A stretch of 64,000 nt of DNA from Myxococcota bacterium (lineage in GTDB: Bacteria > Myxococcota_A > Polyangia > Nannocystales > Nannocystaceae), in assembly GCA_039028615.1 (NCBI GenBank), contig JBCCHT010000013.1:160001-224000 (forward strand). The letters run 5' to 3'. Position numbers and translations under genes: made by a program. The notes beneath the pieces are model-generated. The model searched no databases. It was not told the origin of the DNA and worked only from the letters and a program-made list of their open reading frames with translations. Shown here piece by piece: positions 48,708 to 58,301 of this stretch (its first letter is position 1; every line of letters begins with the position of its first letter).

Positions 48708-50072
48708 TTGCACCCCATTGCCAAAGATCTCGAAGAACCACAGCGGTATCGCGCCATCACGCGAGCGAGCATCGCCCGTACGCCGCAGTGGAACCGGATC
48801 CCCAAAGAGCTCCAAGAAGCGATTTCGGTCGTTTCGACCGTGCTCCCGTTTCGCACGAACGAGTACGTGATGCGCGAACTCATCGACTGGGATCGGGTCC
48901 CCGACGACCCCATCTACCAGTTGACCTTCGTGCAGCCGGGGATGCTCACACCGGACGACTACGCCACCATGGCGCGTCTGGTCCGCGCGGATGCGCCCAA
49001 GGGTGAGATCAAAGAAGCCGCCGATCGGATCCGTCGCCGTCTCAACCCGCATCCCGCGGGTCAGATGACGCACAACGTGCCCAAGCTCGACGGCCGTCCG
49101 CTGGCCGGCATGCAGCACAAGTATCGCGAGACGGTGCTGTTCTTCCCGAGCCAGGGGCAGACCTGCCACGCGTACTGCTCGTTCTGCTTCCGCTGGGCGC
49201 AGTTCGTGGGCCTCGACGACGTCAAGTTCCAGTCCCAGGAGACGCAGGACCTCGTCGACTACCTCTCGGTCCACCCCGAGGTCAGCGATGTCCTGATCAC
49301 GGGCGGTGACCCGCTCGTGATGCGCACCAAGAACATGCGCAACTACATCGAGCCGTTGCTCACCGACGACCTGGCGCACGTGCAGGACATCCGCCTGGGG
49401 ACCAAGTCGGTGGCCTACTGGCCGCAGCGCTACGTTACCGATCCCGATGCCGACGACCTGCTTCGTCTCTTCGAGCAGGTCGTGAACTCGGGTCGCCACC
49501 TGGCGATCATGGGGCACTACAACCACCCCACCGAGATCAAGACGCCGATGGCCCAAGAGGCGATTCGCCGGATTCGCTCCACGGGGGCCGAGATCCGCAT
49601 GCAATCGCCGCTCATTCGCCACGTCAACGACGACGCGAACGCGTGGGCCGAGCTGTGGCGTACCGGGGTCAAGCTCGGGGCCATCCCGTATTACATGTTC
49701 GTGGAGCGCGACACGGGTCCCAAGCAGTACTTCGAGACCCCGCTGGTCCGTGCCTGGGACATCTTCCGCGACGCGTACCGCCAGGTCTCCGGCCTGGCTC
49801 GCACCGTGCGTGGCCCCTCCATGTCCGCGCTGCCGGGCAAGGTGATGGTCGACGGCGTGGCCGAGGTCCGGGGCGAGCAGGTCCTGGTTCTGCAGTTCCT
49901 CCAGGCTCGCGACCCCTCGTGGGTTCGGCGCCCCTTCTTCGCCAAGTACGATCCAGAGGCCACGTGGCTCGACGACCTGGTGCCCGCCTTCGGCGAGCCC
50001 CAGTTCTTCTTCGAGCGCGGGCCCGAGGGCGTGCCTCGCAGCACGCGTCGCCTGACCGTCGTGGGCGAGTAG
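48708..50072 (+). CDS. KamA-family (lysine 2,3-aminomutase-like) radical SAM protein
   Basis: HKYRETVL, CHAYCSFCFRW, DVLITGGDP, HYNHP, PYYMF, PGKV; TTG start after purine-rich GAAGGCAGG (start uncertain). Confidence 0.88.
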   Translation: MHPIAKDLEEPQRYRAITRASIARTPQWNRIPKELQEAISVVSTVLPFRTNEYVMRELIDWDRVPDDPIYQLTFVQPGMLTPDDYATMARLVRADAPKGEIKEAADRIRRRLNPHPAGQMTHNVPKLDGRPLAGMQHKYRETVLFFPSQGQTCHAYCSFCFRWAQFVGLDDVKFQSQETQDLVDYLSVHPEVSDVLITGGDPLVMRTKNMRNYIEPLLTDDLAHVQDIRLGTKSVAYWPQRYVTDPDADDLLRLFEQVVNSGRHLAIMGHYNHPTEIKTPMAQEAIRRIRSTGAEIRMQSPLIRHVNDDANAWAELWRTGVKLGAIPYYMFVERDTGPKQYFETPLVRAWDIFRDAYRQVSGLARTVRGPSMSALPGKVMVDGVAEVRGEQVLVLQFLQARDPSWVRRPFFAKYDPEATWLDDLVPAFGEPQFFFERGPEGVPRSTRRLTVVGE

Positions 50073-50108
50073 CCGGGGCCACCCCGGGGGCGCTATGGTC
50101 CCCGGCCC

Positions 50109-51227
50109 ATGGATACGCTCAACGAATGGCTGGGTCTGTCCCCGAGCAGCACGATCCTCGGTGACATCGGGCTGGCCCTGCTCGCGGTCACCGTCGGGAT
50201 GATCGCGGGCCGGGTCGCCAACGCGCTGCTCAAGCGCACGCTTGCCGGCCTGACCGATTCGAACCTGCGACGGGCCGCCGTCGAGGCTGCATCCGACCCC
50301 ATCGTCTGGGCGCTGCGACTCGGCGGCGTCTGGATCGGGCTGAGCGTCCTACCGCTGCGAGACATCGAGGTCTTCGACCTCACGCAGCTGTTCGCCGACC
50401 TGTACCAGGCCGCCACCATCGGGCTGGCGACCTGGCTCGGCGTGCGCGTCATCGGAGAGGCCACCGCGCTGTGGGCCAAGCGGGCGTCGGGCACCGAAGA
50501 CACCTTCGACGATCAGCTCGTCCCCATCGTCCGCAAGACGGCCAAGGCCTCGCTGGTCATCATCGGCACGGTGATGGTCCTGCAGAACATGGGCTATCCC
50601 GTGGGCTCGCTGCTCGCTGGTCTGGGTATCGGTGGTGCCGCGCTGGCCTTCGCCTCGAAGGACACGGTGGCCAACTTCTTCGGCTCGCTGGTGATCTTCG
50701 TCGACCGTCCCTTCCAGATCGGGGACTGGGTCGAGATCGGTGACGTCGAGGGCACGGTCGAAGAGGTCGACATTCGCACCACGCGGATCCGGACCTTCGC
50801 CAACAGCCTCATCACCGTGCCCAACTCGCAGATGACGGTCACCGCCATCCAGAACTGGTCTCGCATGCAGAAGCGGCGGATCAAGCTCGAGGTGGGCCTG
50901 AGCTACGACACCACCTCCGACCAGATGCGGGCCGCGGTGCAGGCCATTCGCGACATCATCGAAGGCGACGACCGCTTCCACCACGACTTTTACCTGGTGA
51001 ACTTCCACGAGATGGCCGAGTCGAGCCTGAACGTGTTCTGCTACTTCTTCACCAAGACCACCAATTGGGCGGAGTACATGCAGATTCGCCAGGAGTTCCT
51101 GCTCGCGGTGATGGACGCGACGCAGAAGCTGGGGCTGGAGATCGCATTCCCCACGCGGACGCTGCACTTCGCCAACGATCAGCCGCCGGGAGCTCCGGCC
51201 GCCATGCTGCGCCAGACGCCGCACTGA
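50109..51227 (+). CDS. Small-conductance mechanosensitive channel (MscS family)
   Basis: LAGLGIGGAALAFASKDTVANFFG, RPFQIGDW, GTVEEV..RTTRIRT, VPNS, IAFPT. Confidence 0.93.
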   Translation: MDTLNEWLGLSPSSTILGDIGLALLAVTVGMIAGRVANALLKRTLAGLTDSNLRRAAVEAASDPIVWALRLGGVWIGLSVLPLRDIEVFDLTQLFADLYQAATIGLATWLGVRVIGEATALWAKRASGTEDTFDDQLVPIVRKTAKASLVIIGTVMVLQNMGYPVGSLLAGLGIGGAALAFASKDTVANFFGSLVIFVDRPFQIGDWVEIGDVEGTVEEVDIRTTRIRTFANSLITVPNSQMTVTAIQNWSRMQKRRIKLEVGLSYDTTSDQMRAAVQAIRDIIEGDDRFHHDFYLVNFHEMAESSLNVFCYFFTKTTNWAEYMQIRQEFLLAVMDATQKLGLEIAFPTRTLHFANDQPPGAPAAMLRQTPH

Positions 51228-51314
51228 TCACCGCGATGGTGGGGGCCGCGAAGGCCCATTGTGACTCGCCTCGTGGGGGTCGACCCGTGCGAGGATGCGG
51301 TCGAGGAACGCCCC

Positions 51315-51914
51315 ATGTTGATCCGTCGACCGCTCGTCTTTGCCCTGCTGCTCGGTAGCCTCGTCGCCTGCGACTCGAAGGCGAAGGAGGAAACACCGAA
51401 GGACGCCAAGACCGACGAGGCCAAGGCCAACAAAGACGAGCCGAAGGCCGGCGCCAAGGCTGGCGGCGAAACCAAAACCAAAGCCGACGGTGGGGCAGCA
51501 ATCGAGCCCGAGGCCAAGGCAGAGGCGCCCGCCAAGGCCGATCCTCCCGCGGGCGGCCCCAAGGTCCTGCTCAGCCTCGAAGACGCGCAAGACATCCTCG
51601 GCCTCACCCTCGAGATGGACACGCGCGGCGAGGGCTACTCGTATACGAGCAAGAGCCCGACCGGGAACATCACCGTCGACCTCGTCCCCGCCATGCCGAT
51701 CCGCATGCTCATGGGCAACAAGGAGTCGATCCCGGACATCGGCGACGCGGCATTCTTCCAGGCCAAGTCCAGCCGCATGGCGATCTTGCAGGTGATCAAG
51801 GGCGACAAAGGCCTGACGATCTCGGTGGGCTTCCCCCTGGGGGCGCCGCCCAAGGCCCCCGATCTGGCCGAGGCCGCGCTCGAGGTGGCCCGTCGCGCGC
51901 TGCCCAACGTGTAG
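51315..51914 (+). CDS. Hypothetical lipoprotein
   Basis: LVAC lipobox; Lys/Ala/Pro linker; IPDIGDAAFF segment. Confidence 0.75.
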   Translation: MLIRRPLVFALLLGSLVACDSKAKEETPKDAKTDEAKANKDEPKAGAKAGGETKTKADGGAAIEPEAKAEAPAKADPPAGGPKVLLSLEDAQDILGLTLEMDTRGEGYSYTSKSPTGNITVDLVPAMPIRMLMGNKESIPDIGDAAFFQAKSSRMAILQVIKGDKGLTISVGFPLGAPPKAPDLAEAALEVARRALPNV

Positions 51915-51941
51915 CGCGTCGTCACGCTATGCTCCGCGGCC

Positions 51942-52682
51942 ATGAAGGCGGCGCTACTGGGGGCGACCAAGGGGATCGGGCGATCGATGGCGCGGGCCAT
52001 GGTCGCGCGCGGCGATACGGTGTTCCTGCTGGGACGCAACCCCGAGGACCTGGCCCGAAGCGCAGCCGACCTCGAGGTCCGCGGCGGCAGCGGATCGACG
52101 GTGGGCTTTGCTCCCTGCGATCTCGAAGACCCGGACAGCTTCGAGCCCGCCCTCCACGCCGCCGAAGAGGCGCTGGGCGGCCTGGATGCGGTGGTCGTCA
52201 CCGCGGGCATGTTTGCGCCCCAGGCCACGCTGGAGGGTGATCTCGAGCTGACCCGACGCGTCCTGACGGTGAACTTCGCTCACACGGTGGTGTTCTGCGA
52301 GCACGCCAAAAACCGCCTCATCGCCAGCGGGGGAGGAGTGCTGTGCGTGTTTTCGTCGGTCGCGGGCGAACGCGGGCGCAAACCGGTGGTGCTGTACGGG
52401 GCGAGCAAGGCCGGGCTGTCGAGCTACCTCGAGGGCCTCGACCACCGCGAGCACAGCCGGGGGCTGCGCACCGTGTGCATCAAGCCCGGCTTCGTGCGGA
52501 CCGCGATGACGGCGGGACTTCCCGAGCCCCCCTTCGCTGCCGACCCGGACCCGGTCGCCGCTCGGGCGCTCCGAGCCATCGATCGGTCGCAACCGGTGGT
52601 CTACGCCCCCGGGATCTGGGCTCTAGTGATGTTGGTGATCCGCTGGCTGCCCCGCTTCGTGATGCGTCGCGTGGGCTTCTGA
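51942..52682 (+). CDS. Short-chain dehydrogenase (DprE2-like subfamily)
   Basis: LGATKGIG, SSVAGERGR, YGASKAG, KPGFVRT, C-terminal W.LVMLVIR.LP. Confidence 0.88.
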   Translation: MKAALLGATKGIGRSMARAMVARGDTVFLLGRNPEDLARSAADLEVRGGSGSTVGFAPCDLEDPDSFEPALHAAEEALGGLDAVVVTAGMFAPQATLEGDLELTRRVLTVNFAHTVVFCEHAKNRLIASGGGVLCVFSSVAGERGRKPVVLYGASKAGLSSYLEGLDHREHSRGLRTVCIKPGFVRTAMTAGLPEPPFAADPDPVAARALRAIDRSQPVVYAPGIWALVMLVIRWLPRFVMRRVGF

Positions 52683-52722
52683 GTGGAGCGCAAAACGCGG
52701 TCGGGGAGTCCCTTGCGGTTTG

Positions 52723-55700
52723 ATGTCGACGAGGGGCCCTCCCATCCTCGATACTGATCCCCAAGTGGTGGAGCGGCGATCGAGCGGCGAGATCGTGCGT
52801 CTGGCCCAGTACCAGGTCGATCGACCGACGGTGGACTATCCCCCGGACGTCATCGAACCGGAGACCACCACGTCGCCGACGATGCCCACCAAGATCGGGC
52901 GCTACACCGTTCTCGATGTGCTCGGGGTCGGTGGGATGGGCGTGGTCTGCACGGCGTGGGATCCCAAGCTCGATCGCAAGGTCGCGCTCAAGCTGCTGCG
53001 TCGGCGCAAGAACGACAGCGACGGGCGACTGTCCACGGGGCGAGCTCGGCTGGTGCGCGAGGCCAAGTCGCTGGCCAAGCTGTCGCATCCCAACATCATC
53101 ACCGTCCTCGATGTCGACCTGTACGAAGGCCAGATCTACATGGCCATGGAGTACGTCGATGGCGCTTCGCTCGATCAGTGGGTCATCCGCGGCGAGCGGA
53201 GCTGGCGAGAGGTCATCGCGGTGTTCATCGACGCGGCGCGAGGCCTAGCCGCCGCGCATGCGGCCGGGATCATTCACCGCGACTTCAAGCCGGCCAACGT
53301 CCTCATCGGCAAGGACGGGCGGGTGCACGTGGTCGACTTCGGTCTGGCCAAGAGCCGCGACCAAGACGACAAGTTCGACGAGGGCGACGCCGAGCCCGAG
53401 GCGACCATCGATCCCACCGAGATGCGAGAGCAGGGCGGTCTGTTCGACGTCCTGCGCTCCACCCAAGACGCCAAGCTGACGCAGGTCGGGCGTACGGTGG
53501 GCACGCCCGCGTATATGGCCCCCGAGCAGTTCCTGGGCATGCCGGTCGGGTCTCAGACCGATCAGTTCAGTTTCGGCGTCGCGCTGTTCGAGGCGCTGTA
53601 TGGCTACTTGCCGTTCCCCGACGACTCGCGCGACGAGCTCATCGATCGAGTCACCGAGGGCAAGGTCAACGACCCGCCGCGCGACACCGTCGTGCCCGGC
53701 TGGGTGCATCGCATCGTCCTGCGCACGCTCCAGCCGCGGCCCGAGCATCGCTTCGAGTCGGTCGACGACCTCATCGAGGCGCTGCAGGCCGACCCCGCCC
53801 GACGTCGCCGCCGAATCGCGTTTGCGGCCGGCGGTGCCATGCTGCTGGGCATCGGAGCCTACGGCGTCGTGCAGGGCTTCAGCTCCGACGTCGAGCTGTG
53901 TAAGGGCGCCGACTCGCACATGGAGGCGATCTGGGGCGAGGATCGCAAGGCCGAGGTCAAGCAAGCCTTCGGCGCCATCGATCGCCCGTACGCGGCGGAT
54001 GCCTGGATCCGGGTCGAAGACGAGCTCGATGCTCGAGCCAACGCCTGGGCGCAGCTGCATACCGACGTGTGTCGGGCCACCAGCGTCCACGGCGAGCAAT
54101 CGGCCGAGCTCATGGACGTGCGCATGGCCTGCCTCGACCGGCGGCGCGGCGAGATGGGAGCGGTGGTGGAGGTGTTCGCCACCGCGGACGCTCGCGTGGT
54201 CGAATCGGCCGTCAACGCGGTGCAGAGCCTCGATTCGCTCGATCCCTGCCGCACGCTCACCATCGGGCAGGGCCAGGGCCTCGAGGACCCCGCCCGCCGG
54301 GAGCTCGCCGACGAGATCGAAGCGTTGCTGGCCCAGGCCAAGGCGATGGGGGCGGCGGGCAAGCCCGAGCCCGCGCTCGAGCACGCCAAGAACGCCCTGC
54401 GGATGGCCCGGGACCTCGACCATCGGCCGCTGCTCGCCCGCGCGGCGGTGGTCCATGCCCGGGCGCAGTGGGAGCAGGTCACCGACGACGTCGCGGGCGT
54501 GCGCACCTTCATGGTCGAGGCGATCGAGCTGGCCGCGGCGACCGAGCAGCCCACCCTCGAGGCCAAGGCGTGGTCGATGCTCATCATTCTCGAAGGGCAG
54601 CGCATGCGCCACTTCGACGCCGCGCTCGCCCTCGAGCTGCCGGCTCGCATCGCAGCGTCTCGCGCCGCCGAGCCTCGGGTCGAGGCTGCGCTCGACAGCG
54701 CGGTCGGTACGGTGCTGTCCAAGAGCGGTCGCCACGAAGAGGCGCTCACTGCCATGGTGCGGGCGCTCAAGGGCTACGAAGGGGCGCTGGGGCAGCACCA
54801 CGCCAAGGTCGCGGCCGTCCAGAGTAACCTCGGCATCGAGTACGCCCAGCTGCGGCTGCTGCCGGACGCCCGCCACTACCTCAACGAAGCGGCCAAGACG
54901 GTCGAGCGCGTCTACGGCTCCCATCACCCGTGGCTCGGCAGCATTCGCATCAACCTCGGCGGTCTGGCCAAGATGGACGGCGACACCGAGACGGCCAACA
55001 AGGAGTACCAGCGCGCGGTCGAGATCCTCAGCCGCTCGCTGCCCCATGGCCACCGACGCACGCTCAACGCGATGATCGGGCTGGCGCAGACGGAGAGCAA
55101 AGAGGACCCGCAGCGCGCCGAGAAGCGCTACCGCGACGTCTTGGCGATCGTGAAGGCCCAGCGGGATCCCGACCTGCTCACCATCGTGAACACCTACAAC
55201 TCGCTCGGGTGGTTGCAGCGCAGTCGGGCCAAGACGGCCGAGAGCGAGAAGAAGCCGGAACGGGCGGCCAAGCACCAGCTGGAGGCCTACAAGAGCCTGC
55301 GCGCGGCCCTCGATGCGGCCGAAGCGGCCGGGAGCGGTGCGCTGCCCGACGAGCAGCTGGCCACGGTGCACTCGAATCTGTGTGAGCTCGAGCGAGAGCG
55401 GCGGCGGGCGCAGACCGCCATCGAGCACTGCAAGGCGACCTGGGATCTGTCGGCCAGCGACGATCAGGTCGACAAAGAGGCGGTCGAGGCCCTGCGTGAG
55501 CTGGCGCAGCAGTACCTCGAGCTCGAGCGCCCGGACGACGCGATCCAAGCCCTGCAGGCGGCATTGAAACCGACGCCTATGGCGTTGTCGGTGCCGCTTC
55601 GGATCACCCTGGCCGACTTGCTGTGGAACGACACCTCCACGCGAGCCGAGGCGGTCCAGATCGTTCGCGATGCCCGGCAAGCGCTGCTCACCGAGCCGGA

Positions 55701-55746
55701 CTCCGACGAGCTGTCGGATCTCGAGCGCTGGCTTCGCCAGCACTAG
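52723..55746 (+). CDS. Ser/Thr protein kinase with TM and TPR repeats
   Basis: GVGGMGVV, HRDFKPAN, DFG, GTPAYMAPE; RMACLD; H-P/kinesin-light-chain-like TPRs. Confidence 0.95.
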   Translation: MSTRGPPILDTDPQVVERRSSGEIVRLAQYQVDRPTVDYPPDVIEPETTTSPTMPTKIGRYTVLDVLGVGGMGVVCTAWDPKLDRKVALKLLRRRKNDSDGRLSTGRARLVREAKSLAKLSHPNIITVLDVDLYEGQIYMAMEYVDGASLDQWVIRGERSWREVIAVFIDAARGLAAAHAAGIIHRDFKPANVLIGKDGRVHVVDFGLAKSRDQDDKFDEGDAEPEATIDPTEMREQGGLFDVLRSTQDAKLTQVGRTVGTPAYMAPEQFLGMPVGSQTDQFSFGVALFEALYGYLPFPDDSRDELIDRVTEGKVNDPPRDTVVPGWVHRIVLRTLQPRPEHRFESVDDLIEALQADPARRRRRIAFAAGGAMLLGIGAYGVVQGFSSDVELCKGADSHMEAIWGEDRKAEVKQAFGAIDRPYAADAWIRVEDELDARANAWAQLHTDVCRATSVHGEQSAELMDVRMACLDRRRGEMGAVVEVFATADARVVESAVNAVQSLDSLDPCRTLTIGQGQGLEDPARRELADEIEALLAQAKAMGAAGKPEPALEHAKNALRMARDLDHRPLLARAAVVHARAQWEQVTDDVAGVRTFMVEAIELAAATEQPTLEAKAWSMLIILEGQRMRHFDAALALELPARIAASRAAEPRVEAALDSAVGTVLSKSGRHEEALTAMVRALKGYEGALGQHHAKVAAVQSNLGIEYAQLRLLPDARHYLNEAAKTVERVYGSHHPWLGSIRINLGGLAKMDGDTETANKEYQRAVEILSRSLPHGHRRTLNAMIGLAQTESKEDPQRAEKRYRDVLAIVKAQRDPDLLTIVNTYNSLGWLQRSRAKTAESEKKPERAAKHQLEAYKSLRAALDAAEAAGSGALPDEQLATVHSNLCELERERRRAQTAIEHCKATWDLSASDDQVDKEAVEALRELAQQYLELERPDDAIQALQAALKPTPMALSVPLRITLADLLWNDTSTRAEAVQIVRDARQALLTEPDSDELSDLERWLRQH

Positions 55747-55882
55747 TGCTAGGCGTTAGGCGACGCTCGGTCGTGGTGAGCGGGGCCGATACCCGCCCGC
55801 CAGCGTGGAGCGTCGAAGGCCAAAGACACCGGTCCGGCCCGCCCACGGGGGAGTGGGCGGGCAGCGGAGCCTGGCCGGGGGA

Positions 55883-56512
55883 CTAGTTGGAGAGAGGAGC
55901 TCCGCCGCAGTTGCCCTCGAGCATGGCCGCAACCGCCAGTTTGCGCATGCCCGTGGCGAGGTCGAGTTCTTCGGTCGACTCGGCCACCAGATCCGAGTCT
56001 TCGTTGACGCCGTCGACGATGCCGTCGTCGGTGAAGGTGACCAGCAGCTGGGCGCTGAGGGTCTCGTAGACCTCGACCGGGTTCATGCCGTCGACGTCCG
56101 CGTCACCCTCGAAGACCCACGGGCCCGCCGCGGAGTACAGCACGGTACCGTTGGCATCGGAGAGCTTGTGGAAGGCGCCCTCGGTGGAGCGCGTGCACAG
56201 CACGGTGTCGCCGGTCTCGGAGTAGATGGCGTCATTGGTCAGGCCGACGACGCGACTTCCACTCTGGTCGAGCACGTTGATGTGCTCGAAGACGATGATG
56301 TCTCCACCGCCGGCTCCGGCGTTGGAGTTCCGAATGATCGTCAGGTCGCCGTCACCGGGGTAGCCGGGGATGGCAGGCGACGGAGTCGACCGGAAGTTGA
56401 AGTCGAAGAGCGACTGCTCTTCGTCGGTGGACGGGCCCACCGGTTCGGGATCACAGGCCGCGAGGCCGGTTGCGAGGGCAACGCAGAGGAACGTCGGGAG
56501 AAAACGTTGCAT
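55883..56512 (-). CDS. Hypothetical lipoprotein
   Basis: MQRFLPTFLCVALATGLAAC lipobox; host-like codon usage. Confidence 0.75.
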   Translation of the reverse strand: MQRFLPTFLCVALATGLAACDPEPVGPSTDEEQSLFDFNFRSTPSPAIPGYPGDGDLTIIRNSNAGAGGGDIIVFEHINVLDQSGSRVVGLTNDAIYSETGDTVLCTRSTEGAFHKLSDANGTVLYSAAGPWVFEGDADVDGMNPVEVYETLSAQLLVTFTDDGIVDGVNEDSDLVAESTEELDLATGMRKLAVAAMLEGNCGGAPLSN

Positions 56513-56584
56513 TGCAGGAGTCACCTTAATGGCGGGTGGGGAGATACCCGCGAGAGTTGTGAGGAGTAAGGCCGGGGGATGGCC

Positions 56585-56800
56585 TCAATCAATGTAATCT
56601 ACATTGCACCAAATTTCAGCCTGAAAAATTGTAATGGTCTTCCTGCTTTTGGCAAAGATATATCAATATGGACCTCGTTTTAGGCGTCAAACGTCTGTTT
56701 GGGGTGGTTGGCAGCAGAAGGAGAATCGATAGTAAAACTAAGTTTTATTAGTTTTGTTATGCGCAGAAATTGCGATTCGAAGTGATCCTTACAAAACACG
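56585..56800. promoter_or_regulatory. AT-rich intergenic region with palindromes, upstream of the 55883-56512 gene
   Basis: 22/60 G+C in 56581-56640; CAATGTA-ATC-TACATTG (56590-56606); TAAAACT-A-AGTTTTA (56733-56747). Confidence 0.55.
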
Positions 56801-56818
56801 AGCATCGTCTCCCGATGC

Positions 56819-57658
56819 TCAGCCCACGGCGGAATCGGTCGAACGACGCAGTCGCACCAGGCCATCGGAGGCAGTTGGATCCGATGTACGGGAGGACGAC
56901 GCGTCGGCGGCCCATCGTGGGTCGAGCAGATGCTCGGGCTCGAGGTTGCCGGCGGCAGCGGCGAGATTGGCCCGAAGGTTGGGTACGGTGGTCTCGAGGG
57001 TCGAGATCCATCGTTTCACTTGTTGGCGGCGGCTGTCTGGTTGGGTGCCGCACAGGTTGCAGGGAAGGATGGGGACCTGCAGGTCGCTGGCGTACGCAGC
57101 CAGGTCGTCCTCGGCGCAGGCGAGCAGCGGGCGGATCACGGCGTGCCCGTCGGCGGGGGCGGGCAGCTTGGCGGCCATGCCTCGCAGTCGTCCCGCGAAC
57201 ATCTGATTGAGCAACAGGGTCTCGATCAGGTCGTCGCGGTGGTGTCCCAAGGCGATCTTGTTGGCGCCCAGCTCGTCGGCGACGCGATGCAGGATGCCGC
57301 GGCGCATGCGAGAGCACCGAGAGCAGTAGGTCTTGCCCGCCGGGGTCTTGTCGAGCACCACCGAGTAGGTGTCTTGGACTTCGAGGTGGAACTCGAAGTC
57401 GTGCGCCTTCATGTGGCGCTGCAGCGGCGTGGGGTCGTAGCCGGGTTGGCCCTGGTCGAGGGTCATGGCCACGAGCGAGACGGAAAACGGCAGCTTGCGC
57501 TCGTAAGCCCGCAATAGATGCAGCATCGCCCACGAGTCCTTGCCCCCGGAGCAGGCGACCATGATGCGATCGCCGGGCTCGACGAGGGCGTGCTCTCGGT
57601 TGAGCCGCGAGATCTGCCGTAGCAGACGATCTTGGCGGTTGGAGGAGGGGCTGCCCAT
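56819..57658 (-). CDS. ttcA: tRNA 2-thiocytidine(32) synthetase
   Basis: SGGKDS PP-loop, CSRC, LGHHRDD, IRPL, CNLCG. Confidence 0.94.
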   Translation of the reverse strand: MGSPSSNRQDRLLRQISRLNREHALVEPGDRIMVACSGGKDSWAMLHLLRAYERKLPFSVSLVAMTLDQGQPGYDPTPLQRHMKAHDFEFHLEVQDTYSVVLDKTPAGKTYCSRCSRMRRGILHRVADELGANKIALGHHRDDLIETLLLNQMFAGRLRGMAAKLPAPADGHAVIRPLLACAEDDLAAYASDLQVPILPCNLCGTQPDSRRQQVKRWISTLETTVPNLRANLAAAAGNLEPEHLLDPRWAADASSSRTSDPTASDGLVRLRRSTDSAVG

Positions 57659-57671
57659 GCCGACGGGCCGC

Positions 57672-58124
57672 CTATAACACGCTCCCGTCCTGGGTGAATA
57701 CCAGCAGGGTTACCGGTCCGTCGCAGGTCATTTCGATGTGCATGTGAGCGCCGAAACGACCGGTTTGTACCGGCAGGCCGAGGTCGCGGAGTTCCTGGGC
57801 CACGCGCTGGTAGAGCGCGTCGGCGGCGTCGGGCGCCATGGCGGAGTCGAAGCTCGGGCGCCGCCCCTTGCGAACGGTGCCGGCGAGCGTGAACTGGCTT
57901 ACGACCAAGCAGCCGCCCTCGACCTGCGACAGATCCAAGTCCATCGGCGTGCGACCCGGAAAGATCCGCAGGCTGGCAATCTTGCGCGCGGTTGCGACCG
58001 CGTCGGCCTCGGTATCACCGCGTTGCACCCCGACCAGGAGCATCACGCCGCGGTCGATGCGACCGACAATCTCGTCGTCGACCCGCACCGCGGCCTGCGA
58101 GACCCGCTGAACGACCGTTTTCAT
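57672..58124 (-). CDS. dtd: D-aminoacyl-tRNA deacylase
   Basis: MKTVVQRV, VSQFTL, GRRPSF, DGPVT. Confidence 0.95.
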   Translation of the reverse strand: MKTVVQRVSQAAVRVDDEIVGRIDRGVMLLVGVQRGDTEADAVATARKIASLRIFPGRTPMDLDLSQVEGGCLVVSQFTLAGTVRKGRRPSFDSAMAPDAADALYQRVAQELRDLGLPVQTGRFGAHMHIEMTCDGPVTLLVFTQDGSVL

Positions 58125-58301
58125 GGCGCGCAGGGTACCGCGACCGTCACTGCTGCGGCACGGACGAGAAGTTTGTTGGATGCGCTCTGAGTGCGCCTCA
58201 GGCCCCGATTCGGTCCTGGTCGGAGACCGGACGCTCGCTTGCTCACGCGCGGGGTGGCGGGCTACGGTCCCCGCGAATGCGGAACGGGGCTGTGACACGC
58301 G

